This document shows, piece after piece, positions 7,621 through 17,989 of a stretch of 64,000 nucleotides of DNA. The stretch is from NCBI GenBank assembly GCA_963774265.1, contig CAVZDU010000002.1:192001-256000 (forward strand). The letters are read 5' to 3'. The stretch is from an uncultured Chloroflexia bacterium. Its GTDB lineage: Bacteria > Chloroflexota > Anaerolineae > CG2-30-64-16. The notes beneath the pieces are model-generated. The model saw only the letters and a list, made by a program, of their open reading frames with translations. It was not told the origin of the DNA and did not search any database. Both the position numbers and the translations under genes were made by a program. Positions within the stretch are counted from its first letter, which is position 1; each line of letters begins with the position of its first letter.

Positions 7621-10179
7621 TTACTCTGTAACCTGCTCCTGCTTGGGCTTACGAGTCCTGCGCTTGGGCGCCTGACCGATTGCCTCCGGCATGGTGCGCA
7701 CTGCATCGGGCTGTTGGGCCTTGGGTTTGCGCGGTGCACTCGATGTCGGTGCACGGGGAACTGCGTCGGGCGAGCCAGACCCTGCAACCGCCGGCGCGGT
7801 GACAGGCATTGGGACTAAATCGCCAGCCCCGCCGCTCGCGGCCGGCGCAGATTCGGGTTTTTTCTTAGTCCGTGAGCGACCACGCGGTCGAGGAGCCGCC
7901 GGTTCAGGGATCGCGGCTTCGACGTGATCCTGCGGTGGCACCGACTGAGCAAGGACTGTCGGGAGCGCTACGGCCTCGGCCTTTGGTTTGCGCGTTCGAC
8001 TACGCGGCTTCTTGGCCGCCGGAGCTTCTGGTGCGGCCGGCGCCACGACAATCTGCTCGCTCGCTGGCGCTGCGATTGTCTCGGCAGGAACCACAACAGC
8101 GCCCTCAGCTTCCTCGACCTCAGGCCGGTCGCCCTTACCCCGACCGCGACCACCGCGGCGGCCTCGCCGCGAGCGTGATTTCACAGCCGTTTCCGGCTCA
8201 CGGTCGCCATTCTCGGGGGGAGCCAGGATATCAGTTGCCTCAGGGGTTTCAGCTTCTCGCTCGTCCTCAGGTTCTTCGGCAATGACAATGAGTGGAGGAA
8301 CTGTCCCCATCTCGCCTTCAGGGCGATCTTCCTCAAGCAGGAATTGGGACCACGGGCCAGTCATGCCATCAGCAGTCACGCCATAGAAGACGCGAACCTT
8401 GCTGTCGGGCAGGCGCAGCGCCAGGTCGTAGCGAAGTTTTTTCGCGCGTCGCGCTGCCTGCCAAAGCCCAAGGTCGCCCCGCCAGGCCACATTGTCCGGA
8501 CCGTCCGGATGCGTCAGATGCTGGTTAATCGCATAGCTCCACAACTTGCGCGCGGAGTGAATCGTCACATTCTGCACTACGTTGCCATTGCGCAAATCGC
8601 GGATCGCAAAGTAGCGACCACCCTTGCGCTCTTCCATCGACACCAACTCTACGCCGATGCTCGGCAGTGGCGTGAGAGACTCCTCCTGAGGAGGTTCGAC
8701 GGCTTGTCCAGGGCGTCCTGCAGCAGGCACACGTCGGGCCGCTGCACGCTCAGGAGTCATCTTAGGGGCAGGTGCGGGCGCGGGAATCGTTGCTGGCTCT
8801 GCGGGCTCAGTCGAGACGACAGCCCTCGCCCCAGTCATCGCCGGCTCGATCTCGACAGCGCGCTGACTGGATCGCACGAGCTGAACCAACTCATCGCGCA
8901 CTGCCTCGTTCGTCTCGCTTTCCTCGCGGATGTAGACCCGCGTCTGACCGAGTGCATAGGGCTTGTCGGGGCCATTCGGGATCACTGCTCGCAGTACGGG
9001 CACGCCCTGCGTTGTCAAGAGATCCACCGCGGTGTCCAGGGGCGGCGTGACGTTGCGCTCAATCTCCTTTTTGAGTAGTTGAACCGCAAGCTCAGGCGCT
9101 TCCACGCCTTTGATCGGGCCCCTCTTGTCACCGACACCCACATAGACGGTGCCGCCACAGGTATTCGCGAATGCGACTACGTCGCAAAGCACCTTTTGCA
9201 GGCTACCGCCGTCGCGACTCATGCTCTCGTGGAACGCCTGGACGATGTTCGGGCCTTGTTCACGTGCGGTTTGAACATGGTCGAAGGGCTCTTCCGCCGG
9301 CGGCCTGTAAGGGCGCATCAACGTGAAGTCGTTTCCCTCGAGCACCGCACGTAGTGCATCGAAGCTTACGTCAGGCAGAAGAATCTCCGTCACGCGGTCC
9401 CCTACGCCCATGCGGTTCTTGTCTTTCGGGTCGCGGGCGAGCCGGTGCGCGTCGGATCCCTGTAGCAGGTGCATTCGCCTGGGATATTCGGGCTTGGAAC
9501 CGTCAAAGAAACGCAACGCGGAACGACGCGACGCGCTTTCGAGGTCGGTTACTTCAAGAGCGTGAAGATTGGCATCTTGCGTGAAGGCGATGCGCGTCTG
9601 GCCGCCGAAGCTCATGCCTTGAAGCGCGACCCCGTGAGTGGAGTTCGCGTGCGCGGCGATGACCAGGCCGCCGGCTTCCCGAATGACCCGGTAAGCCGTG
9701 ATAACGTCCGTGGTCGGACCGACCTCCGTCACGCCATCTGCGAGCCGATCCATCGGCACGAGAAGACGTAACAGGAGCAATTCCAATTTTCGGAGCGCAG
9801 TCTCGGGAGGGAAAACGCCGAGGATGTGAAAACCGAACGTGGCTGTGAACTCGAATCCCGGTAGCACCAGGATTTTATCGCCCAGGCGACGGTACTCATC
9901 TAGATCACGTCGTTCCTGCGGCCGCAAGCGGTCATTTGCCTCTAACCAAGCGAGCCGTTCAATTTCGGCGCGCAGCCTGGCTACCCCTTCCACCGTGTTG
10001 TGGTCGGTGATTGCCACAATGTCGAGGCCACGTGACTCTGCCTTCTGCAGCCACTGCAGGTAGGTACTGCCTGGTTCCAACCAGTCCGCTGACGCGGGGG
10101 TGTGCAAATGGATGTCCACCCTCCGCCAATCACCCTCAGGCGCCCGGAAGCTCCTTCTTATTCGCTTTTTTTCGGGCAC
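7621..10179 (-). CDS. PHP phosphoesterase + Schlafen/AlbA_2-like domain + unknown domain + disordered tail
   Basis: DIHLHTPAS, AITDHN, AAHAN, GSDAH (PHP); VAFANTCGGTVYVGVGD (AlbA_2); Pro/Ala/Lys/Arg-rich C-terminus. Confidence 0.85.
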   Translation of the reverse strand: MPEKKRIRRSFRAPEGDWRRVDIHLHTPASADWLEPGSTYLQWLQKAESRGLDIVAITDHNTVEGVARLRAEIERLAWLEANDRLRPQERRDLDEYRRLGDKILVLPGFEFTATFGFHILGVFPPETALRKLELLLLRLLVPMDRLADGVTEVGPTTDVITAYRVIREAGGLVIAAHANSTHGVALQGMSFGGQTRIAFTQDANLHALEVTDLESASRRSALRFFDGSKPEYPRRMHLLQGSDAHRLARDPKDKNRMGVGDRVTEILLPDVSFDALRAVLEGNDFTLMRPYRPPAEEPFDHVQTAREQGPNIVQAFHESMSRDGGSLQKVLCDVVAFANTCGGTVYVGVGDKRGPIKGVEAPELAVQLLKKEIERNVTPPLDTAVDLLTTQGVPVLRAVIPNGPDKPYALGQTRVYIREESETNEAVRDELVQLVRSSQRAVEIEPAMTGARAVVSTEPAEPATIPAPAPAPKMTPERAAARRVPAAGRPGQAVEPPQEESLTPLPSIGVELVSMEERKGGRYFAIRDLRNGNVVQNVTIHSARKLWSYAINQHLTHPDGPDNVAWRGDLGLWQAARRAKKLRYDLALRLPDSKVRVFYGVTADGMTGPWSQFLLEEDRPEGEMGTVPPLIVIAEEPEDEREAETPEATDILAPPENGDREPETAVKSRSRRGRRGGRGRGKGDRPEVEEAEGAVVVPAETIAAPASEQIVVAPAAPEAPAAKKPRSRTRKPKAEAVALPTVLAQSVPPQDHVEAAIPEPAAPRPRGRSRTKKKPESAPAASGGAGDLVPMPVTAPAVAGSGSPDAVPRAPTSSAPRKPKAQQPDAVRTMPEAIGQAPKRRTRKPKQEQVTE

Positions 10180-10264
10180 AGGTGTAGTTCAACACTCCTT
10201 TCTTATACATAGGGCCCGGTCCTTCAGACCGAGCCCTATCCCGGTACAATTCGTACTTAGTCCT

Positions 10265-10293
10265 ATTATGTCGATATTCGGCGCGCCTGTCAA
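10265..10293 (-). promoter_or_regulatory. Sigma70-type promoter of the PHP-AlbA gene
   Basis: TTGACA-N17-CATAAT on the minus strand. Confidence 0.68.
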
Positions 10294-10336
10294 GTTGAGC
10301 ACATGCGCGCAGCTTGTGAAGCTGTTGAACGAGGAG

Positions 10337-12877
10337 TCAGCTTCCCACGACCGTTACTTCGGCCGCCGGCTGCGGTTCCGGCTCAGGCTGCGGCGTGTCC
10401 GCAGTTGTGACCTCCTCCCGGGATTCCTCGGACTTGTGATCGGTCAGCGCAGCGGCGATCACCTCTTCCACGCGTTCCGCGAAGATGAACTTCATCTGTT
10501 TACGAACCGCCTCTGGCACCTCGTCGAGGTCGCCCTCGTTACGCTTGGGCAGGATCACCGTCGTGAGCCCGTACCGGTGCGCGGCCAGAATCTTCTCCTT
10601 GACCCCGCCGATAGGCAGAACCTGCCCTCGCAATGTGATTTCGCCGGTCATACCCACGTTTTTGCGCACCGGGCGACCGGTGAGCAGGCTTACCAGCGCG
10701 GTTGCCATCGTTACGCCTGCGCTGGGGCCATCTTTCGGTGTGGCGCCAGCGGGAATGTGCAAGTGGATGTCGCTCTTAGTGAAAAAGTCCTCGGCAATCT
10801 CGTAGTCTCTAGCCTTGTTTCGAACCCAGGAAAGCGCGGCCTGCGCGGACTCCTTCATCACATCGCCCAGTTGACCTGTCAGCATGAAGCCCTTGCTGCC
10901 CGGCATGCGCGTTGCCTCCAGAAACAGCACATCCCCGCCGACGGGTGTCCAGGCCAACCCTGTCGCTACCCCCGGCGCCTCTACGCGCTCGGCCACATCT
11001 TCCAAAAATCTGGGCCGTCCGAGATAGTCAGTCACTTTCTCTGCGGTAATCTCCACCGGTCCGACCTGGGGACCCTTCTCAGCCACGCGCGTGGCTACCT
11101 TCCGCGCCACCTGGCCAATCTTGCGTTCCAGGCTACGCACGCCGGCCTCGCGCGTGTACTCACGCACCATGCGGCGCAACGCATCCTCCGTGAAGTTGAT
11201 CTCGCCGCCACGCAGTCCGTTCTCCCTGATCTGTCGTGGCACGAGGTAGCCTTTAGCGATCTTGACCTTCTCTTCCTCGGTGTACGAGGAGAGTTGGATG
11301 ATCTCCATACGGTCCAGCAGTGGTTGCGGGATGGTCTCCATCGAGTTCGCGGTCGTGATGAAGAACACCTGGCTCAAGTCGAACGGCACATCCAGGTAAT
11401 GATCTCGGAAGTCACTGTTCTGCTCGGGATCGAGCACCTCCAACAGCGCACTGGAGGGGTCACCCCTGAAGTCGCGACACAGCTTGTCCACCTCATCGAG
11501 GATGAACACGGGGTTGCGGCTCTCCGCGCGGCGGATATTCTGAATAATGCGGCCGGGCATCGAACCGATGTAGGTGCGCCGGAAGCCACGGATTTCCGCC
11601 TCATCCCGCACGCCACCCAGCGCCATCCGGATGAACTTGCGGCCCATCGCGCGGGCGATCGATTGGCCCAGTGACGTCTTGCCGGTGCCGGGCGGGCCAA
11701 CGAAGCAGAGAATAACGCCCTCGCGCTCGCGTCGGATGTGATCGATCGGCGTGGAGTCGGGCAGCGCACCGCCCTCTGTCTCGGCCTGTGCTGCCGCCTC
11801 AGCTTTGCGCTCCATGCGCAGTTTGCGTACAGCCAGGAACTCCAGGATGCGGTCCTTGATTTCCTCCAGGCCGTAATGGTCCTCGTCGAGCACCTGACGC
11901 GCATGCGCTATATCCAGGTTGTCCGGCGTGCCCTGACTCCATGGCAAGTTGACCATCCAGTCCAGGTAGGTCTTGATAACCGTATACTCGGCTGCTTGGG
12001 AAGGCATCTTGCGCATGCGATCTAGCTCGCGGCGAGCCTCCTTCTCAGCCTCTGCGGGCATGCCACCTTCGCCGATGCGCCGCTCGTAGTCCTGAATCTC
12101 GGCCTCCTGCTCGTCCCCCTCGCCCAGTTCCTTCTGAATAGCCTTGAGTTGCTCTCGCAGGAAATACTCACGCTGCATCTTGGTCATTTCATCCTGGGCC
12201 TGCGACTGAATCTTCTTGCCCAGTTCAAGCACCTCCAACTCTTTCGAGAGGATGCTGTTAAGCCTGACCAATTTCTGGCTGACCTGGTCAATCTCCAGAA
12301 TTTCCTGCGCCTGCCCAGGCTCCATACGCGTACTTGCCGAGACCAGATAGGCGAGCTGTCGCGCGCTCGTGGCATTCATCGCCGCGGTCTCTAGCTCCTC
12401 GGGCATATGCGGCACCAGCGACACGAGGCGGCGGAACAGGTCCAGCGTTGCTCGCATCATTGCTTCCAACTCCAGATCCTGCGGTCCCTCATCGTCGGGG
12501 ATTTGTGTCACTCTCGCGCGCAGGTAGGGCTGCTCCTGAAGGTATTCATCGATCTGAATGCGTTCGATTCCCTGGACGATCAGACGAACGGTGCCGTCCG
12601 GCGCGCGGAACATGCGATGTACGATGGCAGCCGTGCCAACCTGGTACATTTGATCCGGATTCGGCTCCTCAATATCGGGGGCTTTGGAAGTCACCAGGCC
12701 AATAATCCGCTGATCTGCGATGTCGACAAGAGCGTCATCGACCAGTCGAATGGATCGCTCTTGACCGATCGTGAGGGGCAGCCACATCATCGGATAGACC
12801 ACCACCCCACGCAGAGGCAGAATCGGCAGTTCGGCCGGAATCGTAATCTCGTTCTGTTCAGCCACACTCATTGTCAT
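10337..12877 (-). CDS. lon: ATP-dependent Lon protease (LonA)
   Basis: LPILPLRG N-domain, [34 protein letters not shown]. Confidence 0.98.
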   Translation of the reverse strand: MTMSVAEQNEITIPAELPILPLRGVVVYPMMWLPLTIGQERSIRLVDDALVDIADQRIIGLVTSKAPDIEEPNPDQMYQVGTAAIVHRMFRAPDGTVRLIVQGIERIQIDEYLQEQPYLRARVTQIPDDEGPQDLELEAMMRATLDLFRRLVSLVPHMPEELETAAMNATSARQLAYLVSASTRMEPGQAQEILEIDQVSQKLVRLNSILSKELEVLELGKKIQSQAQDEMTKMQREYFLREQLKAIQKELGEGDEQEAEIQDYERRIGEGGMPAEAEKEARRELDRMRKMPSQAAEYTVIKTYLDWMVNLPWSQGTPDNLDIAHARQVLDEDHYGLEEIKDRILEFLAVRKLRMERKAEAAAQAETEGGALPDSTPIDHIRREREGVILCFVGPPGTGKTSLGQSIARAMGRKFIRMALGGVRDEAEIRGFRRTYIGSMPGRIIQNIRRAESRNPVFILDEVDKLCRDFRGDPSSALLEVLDPEQNSDFRDHYLDVPFDLSQVFFITTANSMETIPQPLLDRMEIIQLSSYTEEEKVKIAKGYLVPRQIRENGLRGGEINFTEDALRRMVREYTREAGVRSLERKIGQVARKVATRVAEKGPQVGPVEITAEKVTDYLGRPRFLEDVAERVEAPGVATGLAWTPVGGDVLFLEATRMPGSKGFMLTGQLGDVMKESAQAALSWVRNKARDYEIAEDFFTKSDIHLHIPAGATPKDGPSAGVTMATALVSLLTGRPVRKNVGMTGEITLRGQVLPIGGVKEKILAAHRYGLTTVILPKRNEGDLDEVPEAVRKQMKFIFAERVEEVIAAALTDHKSEESREEVTTADTPQPEPEPQPAAEVTVVGS

Positions 12878-13269
12878 TCACCTTCACTCGACTCACCAGT
12901 CGCCGTCCGCACGGGTACCCGTCGCACGGTAGCTTTCGGCAGGATGATCTTCAAGAAGCCATTTTCATAGGAGGCGTCTTGACCGGAGTTCTCCAGCGCC
13001 CACGGCAAGTGCACCTGCGTGCGAAACTTGCCGTGGCGGATCTCCATTTGCTGATACGCCAATTTCTCTGCGGCATCGCGACGTTCGCCTGCGACGATCA
13101 GCGTGCGTCCTCGCAGCAATATTTCGTAGTCATTCGGTCCCAGACCGGCGATCTCGATAACCACAACTACTGAACTGTCGGTCTCGTAGACGTCTGTCGG
13201 CGGACGCCAGATGGTCTCGTGGGCCATCTCCCACCGAGCATTACCGTAGTTTTCGCGATACACGTGCAC
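12874..13269 (-). CDS. Hsp20/alpha-crystallin small heat-shock protein
   Basis: [29 protein letters not shown]; 4-nt overlap with lon. Confidence 0.92.
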   Translation of the reverse strand: MHVYRENYGNARWEMAHETIWRPPTDVYETDSSVVVVIEIAGLGPNDYEILLRGRTLIVAGERRDAAEKLAYQQMEIRHGKFRTQVHLPWALENSGQDASYENGFLKIILPKATVRRVPVRTATGESSEGE

Positions 13270-13456
13270 ACCCCCTGATGACGGAACACTGTTGCAGTTC
13301 TCAGATTGAAGGCTGCAACTTCAAACCACATTCTCCAATCGGAGTCATTCTAACATACCCGAAATCGGCCGATATCATCCTCTATGCTTGTATAGGGCAA
13401 GGTCGTTAGATACGCACTTCTTTTTTGTTAACAAGTTGTTAGCGGGAGATAGTCCT

Positions 13457-13485
13457 TTGCACCCTCACTACGCGCCGCTTATAAT
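13457..13485 (+). promoter_or_regulatory. Sigma70-type promoter
   Basis: TTGCAC-N17-TATAAT upstream of the cyclodeaminase gene. Confidence 0.72.
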
Positions 13486-13512
13486 GGCGTGGATTATACG
13501 CTGGGAGGACAT

Positions 13513-14136
13513 ATGCGGCCGTCGGATCGCCTCGTTGAGTTGAGCCTCAAGGATTTTACGCAACGCCTGGCATCAGGGGAACCCGCGCCCGGCGGCGGCT
13601 CAGCTGCCGCACTGACCGGCGGTCTGGCTGCTGCACTGGCCGCCATGGTGGCGCGACTGACAATAGGCCGTGAGAAGTACGCCGAGCACGAAGTCGAGAT
13701 GCAGGTCATCGTGGACCAGGCCCACCGGTTGCGAAACCAGTTGCTGGCCCTGGTAGATGCGGACACAGCCGCGTACCAAGACCTGATGGCGGCCTATGGA
13801 TTGCCAAAAAGGGACCAGGCGACGATAGAATATCGTCGCAGCGCAATCCAGGAGGCACTGCGGCACGCGACGGATATCCCCCTTGCAACAGCCGAGGCGA
13901 GCCTTCAGGTGCTAAATCTGGCCGCTCTGGCGCGCGAGCATGGCAACAGGCACGCAGCGGGCGATGCGGTGGTCGCAGCGCTGCTGGCCCACGCGGCGGC
14001 GCTCGGCGGGATTCACGACGTACGAATAAATCTCCAGGGACTCCGCGATATCGAGTTCTGCGCGGCCACAGAGGCGCGGATTGCAGGTTTGATGGCGAAC
14101 GCCGAGACCGCGCTGGGGCGTGCTCTGGGAGCATGA
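13513..14136 (+). CDS. Formiminotetrahydrofolate cyclodeaminase/cyclohydrolase family (FTCD_C)
   Basis: LASGEPAPGGGSAAA, DADTAAY, VRINL; GGAGG RBS before ATG 13513. Confidence 0.9.
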   Translation: MRPSDRLVELSLKDFTQRLASGEPAPGGGSAAALTGGLAAALAAMVARLTIGREKYAEHEVEMQVIVDQAHRLRNQLLALVDADTAAYQDLMAAYGLPKRDQATIEYRRSAIQEALRHATDIPLATAEASLQVLNLAALAREHGNRHAAGDAVVAALLAHAAALGGIHDVRINLQGLRDIEFCAATEARIAGLMANAETALGRALGA

Positions 14137-14202
14137 ACTCCCGTTTGAACGCGCTTCACTGCCGCTTGTAGGTGCGGGCTATGTCCCAAGACGGATAGTC
14201 AG

Positions 14203-16254
14203 ATGATCGAACCGCAACGCAGGACCCGCGATATCACCAGCGGATCATTGGCGCTCATTGGTTATCTTGTGCTCACAATTGGAATGACCTATCCCCTGGT
14301 CACGCAGTTTTCCTCAGCGATCCCAGGCGACTCCTTCGACGGGTGGCAAAACTACTGGAATCTATGGTGGGTCAAGACGGCATTGGTCGATAAGATCACG
14401 TGGCCATGGTTCACCGATCTCCTCTACCATCCCAAAGGGGTGAGCCTGCTGTTTCACACACTCAACGCCTTCAACGGGATCACATTTCTCCCGGTGCAAC
14501 TGGCATTTGGGTTGCTGCCCGCGTATAACTCAGTCGTGATGTTCAGCTTCGCGATTGGCGGGCTGGGTGGCTACCTGCTCACCCGGCAGGTGCTGGGGCC
14601 GCCAAGCAGCCGCCTGGCAGCGTTTCTTGCGGGGGCCATCTTCACTTTTTCGCCTTATCACTTCGCCCATCTACTGGGCCATATGCAGCTCATTGCGCTG
14701 GCGTGGCTGCCCTTTTATGCGCTCTACACGCTGCGGACTCTCCGGGCGGCAGAAAACGCGAGGTCGCAGCGAGTCGCGAGGGAAGGGGCACTGGCCGCGC
14801 TCTTCCTGGTCCTCGTCGCGCTTTGCGACTGGTATTATGCCTTCTACTGCATTCTCTTCACCACAATAGCGGCAATCTGGTTCGGCTTGCGCAGCATTCG
14901 AGCAGCCCAAACAAACGCCCTGCGCCGCGGGCTCGTCGCCCTTGCTGCAATCGGGCTCACGACGGCAGCGTTGCTCAGCCCGCTACTGGTTCCAATGATC
15001 CGCGAGGCGCGGCAGGCCTCCTACATGGTGCCCGACCCGGCGCAAAGCCGCATGCTGTCCGCCGATCTCCTGGCATTCGTCACCCCCCAAGGGTTTCATC
15101 CGGTCTGGGGCGAATGGGCACGACTGCAAGGCGAGCACTTCACTGCGACAATCTCCGAGTACAGCGTGTTCGCGGGGTTCACGGTGCTCGCTCTGACCCT
15201 TGCCGGGATGTTCGCGCGGTGGCGAGGCGGCATGAAGGGACTGTGGCTGGGCGTGGCGCTGAGTTTCTTCATCCTGTCACTTGGACCCATCCTGCACGTC
15301 GGCGGCCAGGCCGTCCGGCTGCCTGGCGGTGCGGAGATCACACTACCCTACACGGCTATCGCCAAGTTGCCCTTCCTCAACATCATGCGGTCGATCAGCC
15401 GGCTGGACGTAATCGTCATGCTGGCGCTCGGTGTGCTGGCCGCAGGCGGGCTGAACTGGCTGATACGCAGCCGCTCGGGGGGCCCCGCCCTCGGCGGCCT
15501 GGCTTTGGCGCTCGTGCTGTTTGAGTTCCTTCCCGCCCCCTACCCGATGAGCCCGCCCGATACGCCTTCGTGGTACCAAACACTGGCCGAGGACAGTCGA
15601 TCCGGTGCGGTGCTCAATCTGCCGGCGAATTGGGATCGGCCGGGGTATTTGCTGTATCAAACCGCGCATCGTAAACCGCTAACCTTCGCGTACATCAGTC
15701 GGGATGACCCGAGGACGCTGGCTGAACGCGCGCCCGTGCTCCAGCACTTCCGCCATCTCGGACCAGATATCATTGATCTGGACCTGGGAACTCAGGGGCA
15801 GCAGGTGCTTGCCGACCTGGATGTGCAGTGGGTTGTGCTCGATCGCTACAAGATGCCCGGCGGTTCAGAGCGCGATTACACCGAGGCCGCGGCGGCTGAA
15901 ATCTTCGGTGACCAGGCGCCCGCGTTCGAGGACGACCGGATAACCGTGTATGAGATGGGCGAGAAGAGAGACAGCGGCCCGTACGTGATGCTGGGAGACG
16001 GGTGGGGACCGTTCGACACTGCCACACGAACGCGAGGCTTCGCCGGCGAGGCGACTTTGTTGGTGATAGCGGATCGACCTGGGGAGGCGAGTCTTGATGT
16101 CATACTCGCGCCCGGCGACAGCGCAGTGATCGATTCGGTCGCGGGAGACCGAATCTCGAAAAGGATCGAACTGCACGCAGGGACCAACATCGTAACGCTC
16201 AAATCTGTGGGGGGAAAAGGGGCGCACGTCGCGCAAGTCCGGATTGGCCCCTGA
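14203..16254 (+). CDS. Polytopic membrane protein, GT-C/YfhO-like glycosyltransferase
   Basis: PGDSFDGWQNYWNLWW loop after TM1, many TM helices, FSPYHFAH, C-terminal soluble domain. Confidence 0.65.
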   Translation: MIEPQRRTRDITSGSLALIGYLVLTIGMTYPLVTQFSSAIPGDSFDGWQNYWNLWWVKTALVDKITWPWFTDLLYHPKGVSLLFHTLNAFNGITFLPVQLAFGLLPAYNSVVMFSFAIGGLGGYLLTRQVLGPPSSRLAAFLAGAIFTFSPYHFAHLLGHMQLIALAWLPFYALYTLRTLRAAENARSQRVAREGALAALFLVLVALCDWYYAFYCILFTTIAAIWFGLRSIRAAQTNALRRGLVALAAIGLTTAALLSPLLVPMIREARQASYMVPDPAQSRMLSADLLAFVTPQGFHPVWGEWARLQGEHFTATISEYSVFAGFTVLALTLAGMFARWRGGMKGLWLGVALSFFILSLGPILHVGGQAVRLPGGAEITLPYTAIAKLPFLNIMRSISRLDVIVMLALGVLAAGGLNWLIRSRSGGPALGGLALALVLFEFLPAPYPMSPPDTPSWYQTLAEDSRSGAVLNLPANWDRPGYLLYQTAHRKPLTFAYISRDDPRTLAERAPVLQHFRHLGPDIIDLDLGTQGQQVLADLDVQWVVLDRYKMPGGSERDYTEAAAAEIFGDQAPAFEDDRITVYEMGEKRDSGPYVMLGDGWGPFDTATRTRGFAGEATLLVIADRPGEASLDVILAPGDSAVIDSVAGDRISKRIELHAGTNIVTLKSVGGKGAHVAQVRIGP

Positions 16255-16268
16255 TCTGACGGTGCCCG

Positions 16269-17129
16269 CTAGGGGGCCGCGGCAACCCTTCTGGGTCTGA
16301 TCTCCGAGCGGTACGCGTCGTAAAGTGTCAGCAGATTAGCTTGATGCAGTTTTTGCACCAGGCCGCCCAGGGGAATACGCGAGAGGCCGCATTCCTCGAT
16401 GGTGATGTCAAGAATATTGTTGCGGGCGACGCCGCGCGCGATCCGTTCACGAACCAATCGATCAACCATGCGCAGATAGTGAATCCCCGCATCCAGCGTC
16501 TCTTCGATCTCGCCGCGCAGCAGCACCTCACCATGACCCTGCACCAGGTTTTCCAGGCTCAATCCCTTCATCATCTGCAACGAGTGCACCATGTCGTCGA
16601 GGTCGCCGCCGACGACATAGGGCACTGGCATGACTGCATCACTCGCCACCAGCAGGCGATCTTCCACCACATGAACCGTGATCACGTCTTTGCTATGGCC
16701 GGGTGCGTAGCGCAACTCGACCGTTTTGCCGCCAAAGCGCAACGTCATGCCCTCGTTAAATAGCAGTTCCGGATAACGAATTTGCACATCAGCGAGCGCA
16801 GGTGTTTGCTCTTTGGCCTGCTGCAAGGCGACCTCAGCGTGACGCTCCATGAGCCGGCGACACTGATAGTGCGCTATGACTACTGCTTCAGGAAAGAGAT
16901 AGGTTCCATAGATGTGATCTGCGTGCGAGTGCGTGTTGATGACATAGCCAATCTTGGTTCGACGCTGGGCAACGAAATCACGAATCTGCCGCGTCTCCTG
17001 TGGAAAAGGCAGGGTGTCCACCAGGATGGCTCCCTCATCGGTGAAGATGACGGTGGCCGTCACTTCAGCGTACAGGCCGCTGGTGAAGACATATACGCCC
17101 TCTGAGATTCGATCGCGTTTGAGAGGCAC
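16269..17129 (-). CDS. MBL-fold metallo-hydrolase (cyclase-like)
   Basis: THSHADH, PGHS, ASD, GHG motifs. Confidence 0.9.
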   Translation of the reverse strand: MPLKRDRISEGVYVFTSGLYAEVTATVIFTDEGAILVDTLPFPQETRQIRDFVAQRRTKIGYVINTHSHADHIYGTYLFPEAVVIAHYQCRRLMERHAEVALQQAKEQTPALADVQIRYPELLFNEGMTLRFGGKTVELRYAPGHSKDVITVHVVEDRLLVASDAVMPVPYVVGGDLDDMVHSLQMMKGLSLENLVQGHGEVLLRGEIEETLDAGIHYLRMVDRLVRERIARGVARNNILDITIEECGLSRIPLGGLVQKLHQANLLTLYDAYRSEIRPRRVAAAP

Positions 17130-17250
17130 AGGCTGTTAGGCTCCCCCCTTGTTGAGTTACGTCGCAAGAATAGCACAGCGCAAACAGCCGTGTCAAGGGC
17201 AATTTTGAGAATGACAATCCGTTCTGATTCGCGTATAATAATGCCCGGAG

Positions 17251-17925
17251 ATGATCATGCGAAGACACCCGCTACCCATCGTGATTGGCCTTATTGCATT
17301 GGCACTTCTACAGATCGCAGGGACTACCTCGGCTCAAGCTCCGAGTTCCCACCGCGTTCTTCTACCGCTTGTCCTGAAGAACAGCTCCCTGTCAACCGAA
17401 ATCAGGCTTATGGCCGTGGCAGATGCGTATGTGCTCGAGGCCGGCCCCGATACGAATACCGGAAGCAAATACTACATGATTGTGGGATATGATGAATCAG
17501 AAGACCCAGTGGCTGAGCTTCGAACCCGCGCTTTGGTGAAGTTCGACATTCCTGCAGGCAGCGCCGCAACCGCCACTCAAGCTACCCTAAGAGTGTGGTA
17601 TGCGAACGCTTACGACTTTCCGGGCCACTCGCGCGATATCACCGCAAGAGCCTGCATCGGGTCGTGGGAGGAATTAGGCGTGACGTGGGATAATCAACCG
17701 GACGTAGGAGAGTCCTTTGGGAAGGTGAGCATTCCGGCCAATTACGATTTTGGATATCGAGATATCGATGTAACCCAACTAGTTCAAGGCTGGCTTGCCG
17801 GTTCGATTCTCAACTATGGCATTTACCTGAGTGGGCCGGAAGTCAGCGGGAGCGACTCCTCATATCGGGAGTTCCGGACTCGCGAAAGCGAGCATCCGCC
17901 GGAGCTCGTCATCAGATTCCAGTAG
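17251..17925 (+). CDS. Secreted DNRLRE/CBM96-like domain protein
   Basis: Signal peptide; ADAYV..PDTNTG, RALVKFD, WEELGVTWDNQP, DVTQLVQGW, PELVI. Confidence 0.8.
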   Translation: MIMRRHPLPIVIGLIALALLQIAGTTSAQAPSSHRVLLPLVLKNSSLSTEIRLMAVADAYVLEAGPDTNTGSKYYMIVGYDESEDPVAELRTRALVKFDIPAGSAATATQATLRVWYANAYDFPGHSRDITARACIGSWEELGVTWDNQPDVGESFGKVSIPANYDFGYRDIDVTQLVQGWLAGSILNYGIYLSGPEVSGSDSSYREFRTRESEHPPELVIRFQ

Positions 17926-17947
17926 TGCGGCAGAAGCGGACCATAAC

Positions 17948-17979
17948 AAGGCCGCCGGATGGTTTCATCCGGCGGCCTT
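17948..17979. terminator. Bidirectional intrinsic terminator
   Basis: AAGGCCGCCGGATG/CATCCGGCGGCCTT 14-bp stem between the DNRLRE gene and the 6S RNA. Confidence 0.85.
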
Positions 17980-17989
17980 TTCGTCTTGC

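Noticed and set aside
10100-11674. 524-aa plus-strand ORF
   Set aside because: Antisense shadow of lon in GC-rich DNA, with no recognisable motifs.
13425-13434. TTGTTAACAA palindrome upstream of the cyclodeaminase promoter
   Set aside because: A single short AT-rich palindrome with no second copy or assignable regulator in the window.
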